A DNA stretch of 64,000 nt from an uncultured Clostridia bacterium. GTDB lineage: Bacteria; Bacillota; Clostridia; Christensenellales; UBA1242. The notes under the pieces were generated by a model. The model was not told where the DNA came from, searched no databases, and worked only from the letters and a program-made list of their open reading frames with translations. Position numbers and translations under genes: made by a program. Of the stretch, positions 28,665 to 39,266 are shown in pieces. The DNA is taken from positions 141,564 through 205,563 of the forward strand of contig CAKVOD010000002.1 of the NCBI GenBank assembly GCA_934778205.1. Reading direction: 5' to 3'. Within the stretch, counting starts at the first letter, position 1; each line of letters starts with the position of its first letter.

Positions 28665-29297
28665 ATGGCAAAAAACAATTATAAGTTAAAAGAAATACTG
28701 GAGTTTATAGCTGATTATTCAAAAAATAACGCATATCCACCAAGCATCCGCGAAATTCAAGACCAATTTGGATTCAGGTCAACTTCGACTGTTTCTTACT
28801 ATTTGAAAAAGTTGGAAGCAAATGGCGATTTGGTCAACAAAGGTCGCAAGAATAGAGCGTTGTCAATTTCCGATAGATATTTAGATGCAAACCCTATGTA
28901 CAAGCCAAAATTTTTGAATACTGATTTCTCAGTTGTTCCCCTAGTTGGAAATGTTACTGCTGGTCAACCAATTTTAGCTGAAGAAAACTACGAGGATTCG
29001 TTTTATATCCCAACAAATATGTTTCACGGCGACAACCTATTTATGCTTACGGTTATTGGCGAAAGTATGATTGATGCAGGCATATATGATGGCGACAAAA
29101 TCATAGTAAGACAGCAAAATACTGCTGAAAATGGCGAAATTGTCGTTGCATTGATTGAAAATTCTGCAACAGTGAAAACATATTATAAAGAAGATGGTAG
29201 AATACGTTTGCAACCTCAAAATCCTACTATGTCGGCAATGTATTTCGACAACATTGCAATTCTCGGCAAAGTCATAGGATTGATTCGTCAATTTTAA
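28665..29297 (+). CDS. lexA: LexA repressor (S24 peptidase)
   Basis: YPPSIREI wHTH, VTAGQP cleavage site, GESM Ser and VKT Lys. The ATG at 28665 has an AAAGGAG SD; the ORF-track start at 28608 overlaps the promoter. Confidence 0.9.
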   Translation: MAKNNYKLKEILEFIADYSKNNAYPPSIREIQDQFGFRSTSTVSYYLKKLEANGDLVNKGRKNRALSISDRYLDANPMYKPKFLNTDFSVVPLVGNVTAGQPILAEENYEDSFYIPTNMFHGDNLFMLTVIGESMIDAGIYDGDKIIVRQQNTAENGEIVVALIENSATVKTYYKEDGRIRLQPQNPTMSAMYFDNIAILGKVIGLIRQF

Positions 29298-29303
29298 CAA
29301 AAA

Positions 29304-29355
29304 AACTTTATTTAGGTATAACTCAAATGAGTCGCAACCTAGATAAAGTTTTTTA
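29304..29355. terminator. bidirectional terminator between convergent lexA and miaA
   Basis: aactttatttaggt / acctagataaagtt 14-bp stem (13 of 14) with T-runs on both strands. Confidence 0.6.
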
Positions 29356-29391
29356 TTGTTTTTTTGTTTTTTTTGCCCCGCATCTGCCCTA

Positions 29392-30378
29392 TTAAGACAA
29401 TTTATTTGATTCCGTTTTTCTATATTCTGGAAATTTACGTAAAATTGTATCTAAAATATTGACATAATCTTCAGGCGTTTCATTAATGCACCATTCTATA
29501 TTTTTTGTATAGCGTTTATACCACGTAATTTGTCTTTTGGCATAATTTCTGCTGTGTTGTTTTATCTTTTCAACACATTCTTCGAGCGTTGATTGCTTGT
29601 CAAAATATGGATATAATTCTTTGTACCCAATTGCGCTAGAAACTTGTAATTTGCAGTTGTATTGATTTTCATAATCGTATAGCATTTGCGCCTCTTGCAT
29701 TAATCCATTTTCCAGCATTTTATCAACGCGGGCGTTTATGGTACTATACAAATTCTCTCTTTCTTTTATTAGAAAAATAATGTAGTAGTCAAAAATTGAA
29801 TTTTCAAAATTATGAATTTTGCAATCGTTTTGAATATTAGTATTTGTATTATTTAAAATTTCAAGTGTGCGAATGATTCTTTTTTTATTGTTCGGGTGCA
29901 ACTTATTTGCTAAATCAGCGTTTTTTAAAGCAATTTCATCAATCAATTTTTGCCCACCAAGTGATTCATATAATGAATTGTATTCTTCTCTCAATTTCGC
30001 GTTCTTTTTACAATTTTGAAATTCATAAGGAAATAGCAAACCTTCTATATACAGCCCTGTTCCCCCTACCAATATAGGCAGTTTCCCTTTTTGTGTGATT
30101 TCATCTATATAATTTAATGTTGATTTCTTAAATTCGGCAACGCTATACTCATCGTTAAAATTTACAATATTAATGTTTTTGTGTGGGAAAAGTTTTTGTT
30201 CTTCCTCTGTTATTTTTGCTGTGCCAATATCGCATTTTTTATAGATTTGCATTGAATCAGCTGAAATTAATTCACAATTTAATTTTTTACAACAATCAAT
30301 TGCAATTTTTGTTTTGCCAATACCTGTTGGTCCAGCGATTATGAACAACTTAGGCTTTATAGCACTCGTTTGAACCAT
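29392..30378 (-). CDS. miaA: tRNA dimethylallyltransferase
   Basis: IIAGPTGIGKT P-loop; conserved mutS-mutL-miaA order. Confidence 0.9.
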   Translation of the reverse strand: MVQTSAIKPKLFIIAGPTGIGKTKIAIDCCKKLNCELISADSMQIYKKCDIGTAKITEEEQKLFPHKNINIVNFNDEYSVAEFKKSTLNYIDEITQKGKLPILVGGTGLYIEGLLFPYEFQNCKKNAKLREEYNSLYESLGGQKLIDEIALKNADLANKLHPNNKKRIIRTLEILNNTNTNIQNDCKIHNFENSIFDYYIIFLIKERENLYSTINARVDKMLENGLMQEAQMLYDYENQYNCKLQVSSAIGYKELYPYFDKQSTLEECVEKIKQHSRNYAKRQITWYKRYTKNIEWCINETPEDYVNILDTILRKFPEYRKTESNKLS

Positions 30379-32627
30379 TTTTCGACGTCCTTTCTATCAA
30401 TTTTTATTGCAATTGGTCTGCCGTGCGGACAAAATAATTCCGTTTTATTTTCAATGACGGCATCTACTAAGTAACAAATTTCGGACTCACTCATATCATT
30501 TCCTGCCTTAATTGCCGCTTTGCACGCTCTTTGCATTAGATATTCATTAAATTTCAAGCTTTCCTTAACCTTTACTTCTTTGCCATATTGCCTCAAAATA
30601 TCGTCAAAAAATGTTTTGCAATCAAAATTGCCACCCAAAAGCAATGGTACGGCAGATATTTTATAGGCTTTGTCCCCAAATTCTTCAATATCAAAGCCAA
30701 GGTCCAAGAATTGTTGCAAATTTTGCTCAATAAAGTTCTTTTCTTGATAGTTCAACTCCAAAATATATGGAATTAACAATGGTTGCAACGCGCGGTCTTT
30801 TTTACCATAATAGTTTTGAAGTCTATCGTAAATTACACGTTCGTGCGCTGCGTGTTGGTCTATTAAAATAGCGGATTCTTCGTGCTCAACAAATAGGAAA
30901 GTATTAAAAAGTTTACCCACAACTTTGTATCCATTTTTTAATAATGCAGTTGTGTTTTCCTTTTTCGAAGATTTTAATTGTTGTGCAACCATATCTTCAA
31001 CTGTCGGAGTTCCGTCCGTTTTTTCAAACCTTAAATCTCCATTCAACTCGCCAAGCCCCAAACCAGTCATATTGATTGTTTTAATAATTTCGTTGGGGTC
31101 AAACATATCATCATATATTTTTATTTCTTTGACATCTACAACCTTGTCATTTTTATCATAAATTTTAATTTTGTCAATGGTATATGAACCTTGTTCGTCC
31201 GTAAAAACTTCCTTTCCATTCAAAAATTGAGGTTTTGCAGGTGTAGGTTGTAGTTCAGTCGAAGTGCTTTGTAATGTATTTGTGTTTGAAGTAGCATTTT
31301 CTTGCATAGATTCGCGTATTACGTTTCTAAAACTCTCAAAACTATCTTGTTTCTCGTCGCTTGAATTGTTCGCAACAGATTTTATTTGATTGATTATTTC
31401 AGACACATCAATATCGCTTGAATTACTTTGTTGTGATGCATTACTTGTTACTGCTTCAAAATTATTGCTATTGCTATAACTTTGTGGTTGAACATTTTGA
31501 TTTTGCTCATTTGCATTGAAAATATCGTCATATTTTTTAAACGCGTCTTGCTGTTCACCTTGTACAAGAGGCTCAAAAGATTTTTCAAGTTTATTTAGCG
31601 AATTAATCGGCTTGTCAATCATATCCATAGTAAATAAGTCCTGATTTGACAAAATTGTACCAGAAACTATGCGATAAACAAATGAGAAGATTTCGCCATT
31701 ATCTTCAAATCTAATTTCCATTTTTGTGGGGTGAACATTTACATCTACACGTTCAGGGTTGATGTCCAAAAACATAATGAAAAATGGAAACTGCCCTTTC
31801 ATCAAATGTGTTTCAAAACCTTTATTTACTGCAACCGAAATATTTGAATTTTGAACATACCTTTTGTTCACTACAAGTGTTTGATATGTTCGATTTGCCT
31901 TTGTAAAGCTAGGCTTCCCAATGTAACCATACAAATGCATATCGTTGCGTTTTTCATCAAATTTCAGCAAATTTTGTAATGTACTGATGCCGTAAATCGA
32001 AAAAATAGCATCTTCAAGATTTTTCCCAGTTGAATAATAAATTTGTTTTCCGTCAGCGATATAACGAATTGAAACACTAGGATTCGCCAAAATAAGTCTT
32101 TGCACAATTGTCGTAATTTCGTGTTCTTCTTGCTTAGGTTTTTTCAAGAATTTTTTGCGCGCAGGTACATTGAAAAATAAGTTATTGACAGAGATTTTCG
32201 TGCCAGTTGGCGCAGAACATCTTTCGCAACTTAAAACATTGCCCGCATTTAGAATAATTCTTGTAGCAAGCTCATCATCATTAGTTTTTGTGAGCATTTC
32301 GACATCAGAAACAGATGCTATAGACGCAAGCGCTTCTCCTCGAAATCCAAGAGTCAAAATTGAATTTAAGTCATCTGCTGACGTAATTTTACTTGTTGCG
32401 TGAGGCAAAAAGGCATTTTTTACGCTGTCATATTCAATGCCACAACCGTCGTCCATAACTGTCATATTCTCAATGCCACCCTCTTTTATGTCGATAACAA
32501 TGTTTTTTGCGCCAGCGTCGATACAGTTTTCAGTAAGTTCTTTAATGACGGATGCGGGGCGCTCAACAACCTCTCCTGCCGAAATCTTATTATAAATAGA
32601 AGAATCTAGTACATTAATTTTTGCCAT
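30357..32627 (-). CDS. mutL: DNA mismatch repair protein MutL
   Basis: N-terminal GHKL ATPase (ISAGEVVERPASVIKELTENCIDAG), a long low-complexity linker, and a C-terminal dimerisation/endonuclease domain (DQHAAHER). Confidence 0.95.
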   Translation of the reverse strand: MAKINVLDSSIYNKISAGEVVERPASVIKELTENCIDAGAKNIVIDIKEGGIENMTVMDDGCGIEYDSVKNAFLPHATSKITSADDLNSILTLGFRGEALASIASVSDVEMLTKTNDDELATRIILNAGNVLSCERCSAPTGTKISVNNLFFNVPARKKFLKKPKQEEHEITTIVQRLILANPSVSIRYIADGKQIYYSTGKNLEDAIFSIYGISTLQNLLKFDEKRNDMHLYGYIGKPSFTKANRTYQTLVVNKRYVQNSNISVAVNKGFETHLMKGQFPFFIMFLDINPERVDVNVHPTKMEIRFEDNGEIFSFVYRIVSGTILSNQDLFTMDMIDKPINSLNKLEKSFEPLVQGEQQDAFKKYDDIFNANEQNQNVQPQSYSNSNNFEAVTSNASQQSNSSDIDVSEIINQIKSVANNSSDEKQDSFESFRNVIRESMQENATSNTNTLQSTSTELQPTPAKPQFLNGKEVFTDEQGSYTIDKIKIYDKNDKVVDVKEIKIYDDMFDPNEIIKTINMTGLGLGELNGDLRFEKTDGTPTVEDMVAQQLKSSKKENTTALLKNGYKVVGKLFNTFLFVEHEESAILIDQHAAHERVIYDRLQNYYGKKDRALQPLLIPYILELNYQEKNFIEQNLQQFLDLGFDIEEFGDKAYKISAVPLLLGGNFDCKTFFDDILRQYGKEVKVKESLKFNEYLMQRACKAAIKAGNDMSESEICYLVDAVIENKTELFCPHGRPIAIKIDRKDVEKWFKRVL

Positions 32628-35245
32628 TATTTATCTCCTTTAGTTGATATGATTTCTTTCATAGTATTAATTGTCGTCAATGCTTCAAGCGGTGTAATTG
32701 AATCTACATTTATTTTTTTTATGAAGTTCGCTAATTTTTGCAACTCGTCGTTGTTCTCAGTTTTGGATTCAACCCCTTGCTTTTGTGGCGTGGTATGTTT
32801 GTGAGTTATCTCATTGCTATGCAATTCGTCAAGAATCTCGCGTGCCCTGCCGATTACTTTTTCAGGCAACCCTGCCATTCCTGCAACTTCAATCCCAAAA
32901 CTTCTGTTTGCACCACCACGGACAATTTTTCTAAGGAAAATTACCTCGTTATTAAATTCCTTAACGGAAATTTGATAATTCTTGACGCCCGCCAAGTCGC
33001 CTTCAAGTTCCGTAAGTTCGTGATAGTGAGTTGCAAATAAAACTTTTGCTTTTGTGTTATTAGCGAGATACTCAACGACTGCCCAAGCAATGCTCAACCC
33101 ATCGTATGTACTTGTACCTCTGCCCACTTCATCCAAAATTACAAGGCTTTTGTCTGTAACATTCGACAAAATATTGCTAACTTCAAGCATTTCGACCATA
33201 AACGTACTTTGTCCAAAAGCGAGGTCGTCACTTGCGCCAATACGCGTGAAAATACGGTCAGTTAGTGCAATATCGGCTGATTTCGCTGGAACAAACGAAC
33301 CAATATGCGCCATCAAAACAATCAAAGCAACTTGTCGCATATAAGTACTTTTACCCGCCATATTTGGACCTGTGATAACGATAATTCGATTATCTTTATC
33401 GTCAAGATGTGTGTCGTTTGGCACAAATCGATCTCCCTTCAAAGTTTGTTCAACGACACAGTGGCGCCCATCCACAATGTTTATTTCTTTGATGCTTGAG
33501 TTTATAACAGGCTTGCAAAAATCGTTTTCTAGCGCCACAAGAGAAAGTGACAGCAATGAATCAATCATTGCGAGAATTTTTGCTGTGCTGAGCAATGCAG
33601 GAATATTGTTTATTAGCATTTGTCTAATTTCTTTAAAAATTTCTTGCTCCACTTGAAGTAATATTTCTTCAGCAGACAAAATTTCTTCTTCAAGCAATTT
33701 AAGTTCATCGGTCACATACCTTTCGCAATTAGCCAAAGTTTGTTTGCGCTGATATCTTTCTTTCGGTACAAATTGCAATTGCGTTTTTGGCACTTCAATG
33801 AAGTACCCAAAAACTGAATTATAACTGATTTTTAGATTCTTGATATTTGTCTTTGCTTTTTCTTGAGCGTCCATATTCGCAAGCGCGCTTCTACCGCCAC
33901 TTGCTTTTTCTTTCAATTCGTCAAGTTCTTTTGAAAAACCTTTCTTTATAAATCCCGTTTCTTGTGTGCTTGTTGGTGCGTCATCATTGAACGCTTTGTC
34001 TAGCATTACAACAACGTCATCAAAATCGACAATCTGTTTTGTATATTGCTTAAACAATTCAGAATTTAAACCGCTAATAACTTGTTTTATTTGAGGAATT
34101 TTTGAAATGGAAAGTTTTAATTCATAACAACCGCGCGGTGTTATTGTTCCATATGAAATGCGTCCACAAATGCGCTCAATATCACTAATTTCACGCAGTG
34201 TTTGAGCAATTGTTTCGCGCGCAACTGTATTACACATCAATTCTTCAATTGCATCAAGGCGCGCATTAATCATCTGCTCGTTTTGCAATGGTTGTTCAAC
34301 CCACTGCCTTAGCATACGTGCACCCATTGATGTTTTCGTTCGATTCAAAACCCAGTACAATGAACCTTTTGTTTTCCTATCTTTCATTGATTCGACAAGT
34401 TCCAAATTGCGACGAGTGTTGACGTCTATGTGCATTATATTTTTGTCTTTTTCAACTTCTATGTGCGTAATATTCATCATAGCGCGTTTTTGCGTTTCTT
34501 CTAGATATGAAAGAAGTGCTCCGCTTGAGATGATTCCATTTTTACATTTTCCAATGTCGAATTTGTCAAGTGTCATAGCATTTAATTGCTTACAAACCTG
34601 TTTTTCTGCTTTATTTGCTACAAAAGCCCCGTCATCATATGGTGTTGCTTTTGGAGCAATGCCAACAATAAAACTTGACAAGTTTGAGTAAAAACTCAAA
34701 ACTGCTTTGTTGCAAATTACTTCACTTGGCTTGATTCTGGTCAAAATGTCATTGATTTGTTCTTCTTTTCTATCCGCATTGCCTTCGAGCGTATACATTT
34801 CGCCCGTTGTTATGTCCACGTAACTTATTCCAAAACCATTGTCGCACGAATAAATGCAAGCAATAAAGTTGTTTTTGTTTTCATCTAGCAATTCAGTTTC
34901 AATTATTGTACCGGGTGTGACGACACGTACAACATCGCGGTGTACAAGTGACGGACCTTTTGTTGGAGCAGTCAATTGCTCGCAGATTGCGACTTTGTAG
35001 CCCTGTGCCACAAGTTTTGTGAGATAGTTATCTGCTGCGTGATACGGAATACCGCACATTGGCGCTTTTTTGTTGTCGCCACAATCTCTTGCTGTTAACG
35101 TCAAGCCAAGTGCCTTAGAAACAATTAAGGCGTCGTCAAAAAACATTTCATAAAAATCGCCTAATCTATAAAGTAAAATGCAATCTTTGTATTCATCTTT
35201 TTTTAGAAGATACTGTTGCATCATCGGTGATAATTTTTTGTTCAT
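32627..35245 (-). CDS. mutS: DNA mismatch repair protein MutS
   Basis: TPMMQQY N-terminus, GPNMAGKST Walker A, DEVGRGTSTYDG. Confidence 0.97.
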   Translation of the reverse strand: MNKKLSPMMQQYLLKKDEYKDCILLYRLGDFYEMFFDDALIVSKALGLTLTARDCGDNKKAPMCGIPYHAADNYLTKLVAQGYKVAICEQLTAPTKGPSLVHRDVVRVVTPGTIIETELLDENKNNFIACIYSCDNGFGISYVDITTGEMYTLEGNADRKEEQINDILTRIKPSEVICNKAVLSFYSNLSSFIVGIAPKATPYDDGAFVANKAEKQVCKQLNAMTLDKFDIGKCKNGIISSGALLSYLEETQKRAMMNITHIEVEKDKNIMHIDVNTRRNLELVESMKDRKTKGSLYWVLNRTKTSMGARMLRQWVEQPLQNEQMINARLDAIEELMCNTVARETIAQTLREISDIERICGRISYGTITPRGCYELKLSISKIPQIKQVISGLNSELFKQYTKQIVDFDDVVVMLDKAFNDDAPTSTQETGFIKKGFSKELDELKEKASGGRSALANMDAQEKAKTNIKNLKISYNSVFGYFIEVPKTQLQFVPKERYQRKQTLANCERYVTDELKLLEEEILSAEEILLQVEQEIFKEIRQMLINNIPALLSTAKILAMIDSLLSLSLVALENDFCKPVINSSIKEINIVDGRHCVVEQTLKGDRFVPNDTHLDDKDNRIIVITGPNMAGKSTYMRQVALIVLMAHIGSFVPAKSADIALTDRIFTRIGASDDLAFGQSTFMVEMLEVSNILSNVTDKSLVILDEVGRGTSTYDGLSIAWAVVEYLANNTKAKVLFATHYHELTELEGDLAGVKNYQISVKEFNNEVIFLRKIVRGGANRSFGIEVAGMAGLPEKVIGRAREILDELHSNEITHKHTTPQKQGVESKTENNDELQKLANFIKKINVDSITPLEALTTINTMKEIISTKGDK

Positions 35246-36574
35246 CTAATCCTCCATAATCTGCCCGTAAAGTTGGTTGTTCTCTATAGAAACGATTTTT
35301 ACATCAACAAAATCTTGTAAATTTAATTTTGCGTTCTTCACAACAATTGTTTTGCCACTGTCAGTTTTTACGATATATGTATTTTCATCTAACTGTGAAT
35401 CAACAATACAATTTTCTGTTTGTCCTACCATATTTCGCGAAATCTCTTTTGAAATTTCTTTTTCCAAAGCAAGAAGTGCATTAACACGCTTGTGTTTGTC
35501 GTCATTTGTAACTTGATTTGGCATATCTGCAGCAGGCGTTCCTCTGCGTGGCGAATACATAAATACAAATAAACCATTGTATTTTACGCGCTTAACAAGT
35601 TCGCAGGTTTGATTAAACTCTTTTTCAGTTTCGCCTGGAAATCCTACAATTATATCGCTTGTCAGCGAAACATTTGGTATGAGTTCTCTAATTTTTTTGA
35701 TTGTGTTTTCATAATGTTCTACAGTATAGTTTCTATTCATTCTTTTCAAAATTTCGTCGCTACCAGATTGAATCGGCAAGTGAATCGTTTTCGATATCTT
35801 ATCATTTCGCGAAATGGTTTCAATGACATCATCAGTTAAATCTTTCGGATGAGAAGTCATAAATTTTAGTTTGAAATTATATGGCAAATCGGCAATTTTT
35901 TGCAAAAGTTCAGCAAACGTTGTGCCATCGTTCAGGTCTTTGCCATATGAATTTACATTTTGTCCCAAAAGAGTTATAATCTTGTATTGCCCTGTTTTTA
36001 AAAGCGACTCAACTTCCAAGATTATGTCTTGCTTTTTTCTGCTTTTTTCACGCCCACGAACATATGGAACAATGCAGTACGTGCAAAAATTGTTGCAACC
36101 ATACATAATATTGACCCAACCATTATAGCCACTTGTTCTTGCCATAGGCACATTTTCAACAATATCAAGCATTTCGCCGTCTATTGATACAATACGTTTT
36201 TTTGTATTATCGTAGTCATCAAGCAGTTTTCCAAACTTTCCCAAATTGTGAGTTCCAAAAATTATGCTAATAAATGGAAAGCGTTTATATAGCAACTCAG
36301 CCATACTATCTTGTTGGCTCATACACCCGCAAACTGCGACGATGAGATTTGGATTTTTCTTTTTCAAATGTTTTATTGCTCCAATGTTGCCCAAAATCTT
36401 TTCCTCTGCGGATTTTCTAATGCAACAAGTGTTGAAAACAATTATATCTGCATCTTTTACTTCTTTTGTTTCAACATAGCCCCTTTCTTCCAAAAAACCA
36501 GCAAGTTTTTCTGATTCGTGAACATTCATTTGACATCCATATGTCATAATATTGTACTTCTTTATTTTTTCCAT
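35246..36574 (-). CDS. miaB: tRNA-2-methylthio-N6-dimethylallyladenosine synthase
   Basis: TYGCQMN N-terminus, radical-SAM CNNFCTYC, TRAM domain. Confidence 0.9.
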   Translation of the reverse strand: MEKIKKYNIMTYGCQMNVHESEKLAGFLEERGYVETKEVKDADIIVFNTCCIRKSAEEKILGNIGAIKHLKKKNPNLIVAVCGCMSQQDSMAELLYKRFPFISIIFGTHNLGKFGKLLDDYDNTKKRIVSIDGEMLDIVENVPMARTSGYNGWVNIMYGCNNFCTYCIVPYVRGREKSRKKQDIILEVESLLKTGQYKIITLLGQNVNSYGKDLNDGTTFAELLQKIADLPYNFKLKFMTSHPKDLTDDVIETISRNDKISKTIHLPIQSGSDEILKRMNRNYTVEHYENTIKKIRELIPNVSLTSDIIVGFPGETEKEFNQTCELVKRVKYNGLFVFMYSPRRGTPAADMPNQVTNDDKHKRVNALLALEKEISKEISRNMVGQTENCIVDSQLDENTYIVKTDSGKTIVVKNAKLNLQDFVDVKIVSIENNQLYGQIMED

Positions 36575-36782
36575 AAAATTTCCTTTTGCTTGTTAAAAAA
36601 TATTATTATAAATTAAATTACTTTTTCAAATTTAATATGCGATAAATATTTATAAATTTTCACTAAATTATAACATTTTTACAGCATAAAATGCAAGTCG
36701 TTTGTACAATTTTGCAAGTTTTTTCTATCATAAATCGGGCAATTATGTAAATATTTTTCTACTATTTACTAATACTAAACAT

Positions 36783-39065
36783 ATGTTAACGCAGAAAGAT
36801 AAACAAGGTATTCGCACGGATAGTTGCAAAGCATATAGTTTAAAGAATAGAGCAAAGGTTCGTTTGCGAAAAATTCTCAAAATAATCTTATTTTTGATAA
36901 TGTTTACGATGTTATCAATGGCGTGTGTGTTTGGCTACTTTTATGTGAAAATTAATTCACAATATGGCAGTTTGCAATTTGACAAAGATAAATTAATAAC
37001 GGCAACTTCATATGTCCAAATTACTGATAAAAACGACGATAACATCGGGAAAGCGTCAATAAATGGGCGTGCAACTATCGAATTTAACCAACTGAAACAG
37101 CATACAGTCAACGCCTTTATCGCGATTGAGGACCAACAATTTTACAAACATAATGGTTTGAATTACAAAAGAATGATAAAATCGTTTATAACAAACTTAA
37201 AAAGTGGCTATGCCAAAGAAGGTGCTTCTACTATTTCACAACAGTTAATAAAAAATACGCACCTCAATAATGATAAAACGATTGAACGCAAGTTGAAAGA
37301 AATATTTTTGACAAAAAAATTAGAAAAAACATTTTCAAAAGACGAAATTCTAGAAATATATCTAAATGTTATATACTTTGGCAATAGTTGCTTTGGAATT
37401 GAAGAAGCAAGCAATTTTTATTTCGAAAAATCCGCAAATGATTTGAATATTGCCGAATCGGCAACACTTGCTGGAATAATTAAATCGCCCAAAATTTATA
37501 ACCCCATTTCAAATTATAACAATTGCGTTTCGCGTCGTAATCTCGTACTTGCACAAATGAAAAAATGTAACTTTATTAGTAATGATGAGTATACGAACGC
37601 AACCAACAAATCTCTTGAAGTAAAGCAAATTGTAAAGCAAAATTCAATTGAAAAACTTGTTGTTGATGACGCGTGCAAAGTATTGAATAAGTGTGAAAGA
37701 GATTTGGTTACTTCAAATTTAAAAATAAAGACTACAATAAATCCCGATTTGCAAAAATTTATTGATAGTATAGATTTGTCATTTCTAAAAATCAACGGCG
37801 AAATGCCTGATTATGCAATAATCGTAGAAAAAAATGCCGATAGCGCAATTCAAGCAATACGTTTTTCAAATATCGATATATTGAATATGAAACGCCAACC
37901 CGCTTCGTGTCTAAAGCCATTTTTAGTATATGCTCCAAATTTTGAGGACGGAAAAATTAATTTATTAACAAAAATTGATGATTCTCCGATTGATTTCGAT
38001 GGTTTTTCGCCTTCAAATGCTGACAAAAAGTACCGTGGAGAGATAAGCGTGACCGAAGCGCTAAGTAAGTCATCAAATATCTGCGCCACTAAATTATTAA
38101 ACTATTATGGAATAGATAAGGCAAAAAAATGCGCCCAAGGTTTCGGGTTTAAATTTGACAAAAAGGACAACCACCTTGCCCTCGCTCTAGGTAGTATGTA
38201 CTATGGTTGTGACTTGTTTACTTTAACAAATGCTTATGCCACACTTGCACGCAATGGCGCTTATATTCCTACCAAAATAATAGAAAATATATATTCTAAT
38301 ACCCTTCCGCTTTATAGATGCAAAAGTGAAAAAACGAAAGCAATAACGCCAGAAACTGCCTATCAACTTACACTAGCCCTACAAGAGTGTAGCAACGGTG
38401 GTACTGGCAAAAAACTACAAGATTTTTCCAAATACGTTGCCTGCAAAACAGGCACAAATGGAGTCAAAAATTCTACACAAAACACTGATGCATATAACAT
38501 AAGTTATTCAACCGATTACACAGTTTGTGTTTGGATAGGTAGCAATGAAAACAGGTTTTTGCCAGCAAATTTTAATGGTGGAAATCATCCTAGCATTGTT
38601 GCAAACACAATTTGGTCGCATTTGAATCCACAAAAAGAATTTGTAATACCTCAAAATATAGTCGAAAAAAATATAGATAAAATAACTTATGACAAAAGCG
38701 GACAAATTAAAATTGCCGATGAAAATGCGCCTGCTAGGTATATTTTGAAGGCAAAATTTAATAAAGACTTTTTGCCTACTGAAGCATCTACTTTATTCAC
38801 TACTCCACCAAACATTATTTTGAAGGCAAAGAAAGCAAATAATACAATCACATTGAGTTTTAATTGTGAAAAATACTACGAATATGCTCTTTTCAAGTGT
38901 ATTGAAAATGACGTTGTTTTACTTGAAAGCATAAAAAACAAAAATGGACAATATTATTTTGTTGACACATTCACAAATAATGATTCACTAATTACGTATT
39001 ATGTAGTTCTTTCTACCCCAAACAATAAAAAAACACTTTCAAACGAAATAAAAATTTTGACTTGA
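36783..39065 (+). CDS. class A penicillin-binding protein (glycosyltransferase + transpeptidase, PBP1A family) with a C-terminal extension
   Basis: GT51 motifs (EDQQFYKHNG, GASTISQQL), transpeptidase SCLKP, SSN and KTGT. The first ATG (36783) precedes a basic tail and a TM helix. The ORF-track start at 36702 is TTG. No clear SD for either start. Confidence 0.8.
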   Translation: MLTQKDKQGIRTDSCKAYSLKNRAKVRLRKILKIILFLIMFTMLSMACVFGYFYVKINSQYGSLQFDKDKLITATSYVQITDKNDDNIGKASINGRATIEFNQLKQHTVNAFIAIEDQQFYKHNGLNYKRMIKSFITNLKSGYAKEGASTISQQLIKNTHLNNDKTIERKLKEIFLTKKLEKTFSKDEILEIYLNVIYFGNSCFGIEEASNFYFEKSANDLNIAESATLAGIIKSPKIYNPISNYNNCVSRRNLVLAQMKKCNFISNDEYTNATNKSLEVKQIVKQNSIEKLVVDDACKVLNKCERDLVTSNLKIKTTINPDLQKFIDSIDLSFLKINGEMPDYAIIVEKNADSAIQAIRFSNIDILNMKRQPASCLKPFLVYAPNFEDGKINLLTKIDDSPIDFDGFSPSNADKKYRGEISVTEALSKSSNICATKLLNYYGIDKAKKCAQGFGFKFDKKDNHLALALGSMYYGCDLFTLTNAYATLARNGAYIPTKIIENIYSNTLPLYRCKSEKTKAITPETAYQLTLALQECSNGGTGKKLQDFSKYVACKTGTNGVKNSTQNTDAYNISYSTDYTVCVWIGSNENRFLPANFNGGNHPSIVANTIWSHLNPQKEFVIPQNIVEKNIDKITYDKSGQIKIADENAPARYILKAKFNKDFLPTEASTLFTTPPNIILKAKKANNTITLSFNCEKYYEYALFKCIENDVVLLESIKNKNGQYYFVDTFTNNDSLITYYVVLSTPNNKKTLSNEIKILT

Positions 39066-39132
39066 TTCTTTCTTATTGCAATATTAGGTTACAAATGGCG
39101 TCAAAAGCGTACGATATACGTTCAAACTCCAA

Positions 39133-39167
39133 ACAAAAAGGATTTTCCATTGGAAAATCCTTTTTGT
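39133..39167. terminator. bidirectional terminator between the PBP gene and the tRNA cluster
   Basis: aaaaaggattttcca-t-tggaaaatccttttt perfect dyad. Confidence 0.6.
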
Positions 39168-39175
39168 TGCAGACT

Positions 39176-39264
39176 TGGTGCCGAAGGCGGGACTTGAACC
39201 CGCACAGGTATTACTACCCGAAGGATTTTAAGTCCTTTGCGTCTGCCTATTCCGCCACTTCGGC
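39176..39264 (-). tRNA. tRNA-Leu (anticodon UAA), CCA encoded
   Basis: Reverse complement gives a gccgaag acceptor, long variable arm, anticodon loop cuUAAaa, T-loop GGTTCAAGTCC and 3' CCA. Confidence 0.85.
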
Positions 39265-39266
39265 TC

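Noticed and set aside
27515-29297. Integrase plus S24-family repressor, considered as a remnant prophage lysogeny module.
   Set aside because: The repressor has the canonical LexA N-terminal wHTH (YPPSIREI), AG cleavage site and Ser/Lys dyad, and lies in the conserved lexA/miaA-mutL-mutS neighbourhood. No other phage genes or att-like flanks are present. A chromosomal Xer-type role fits the recombinase better.
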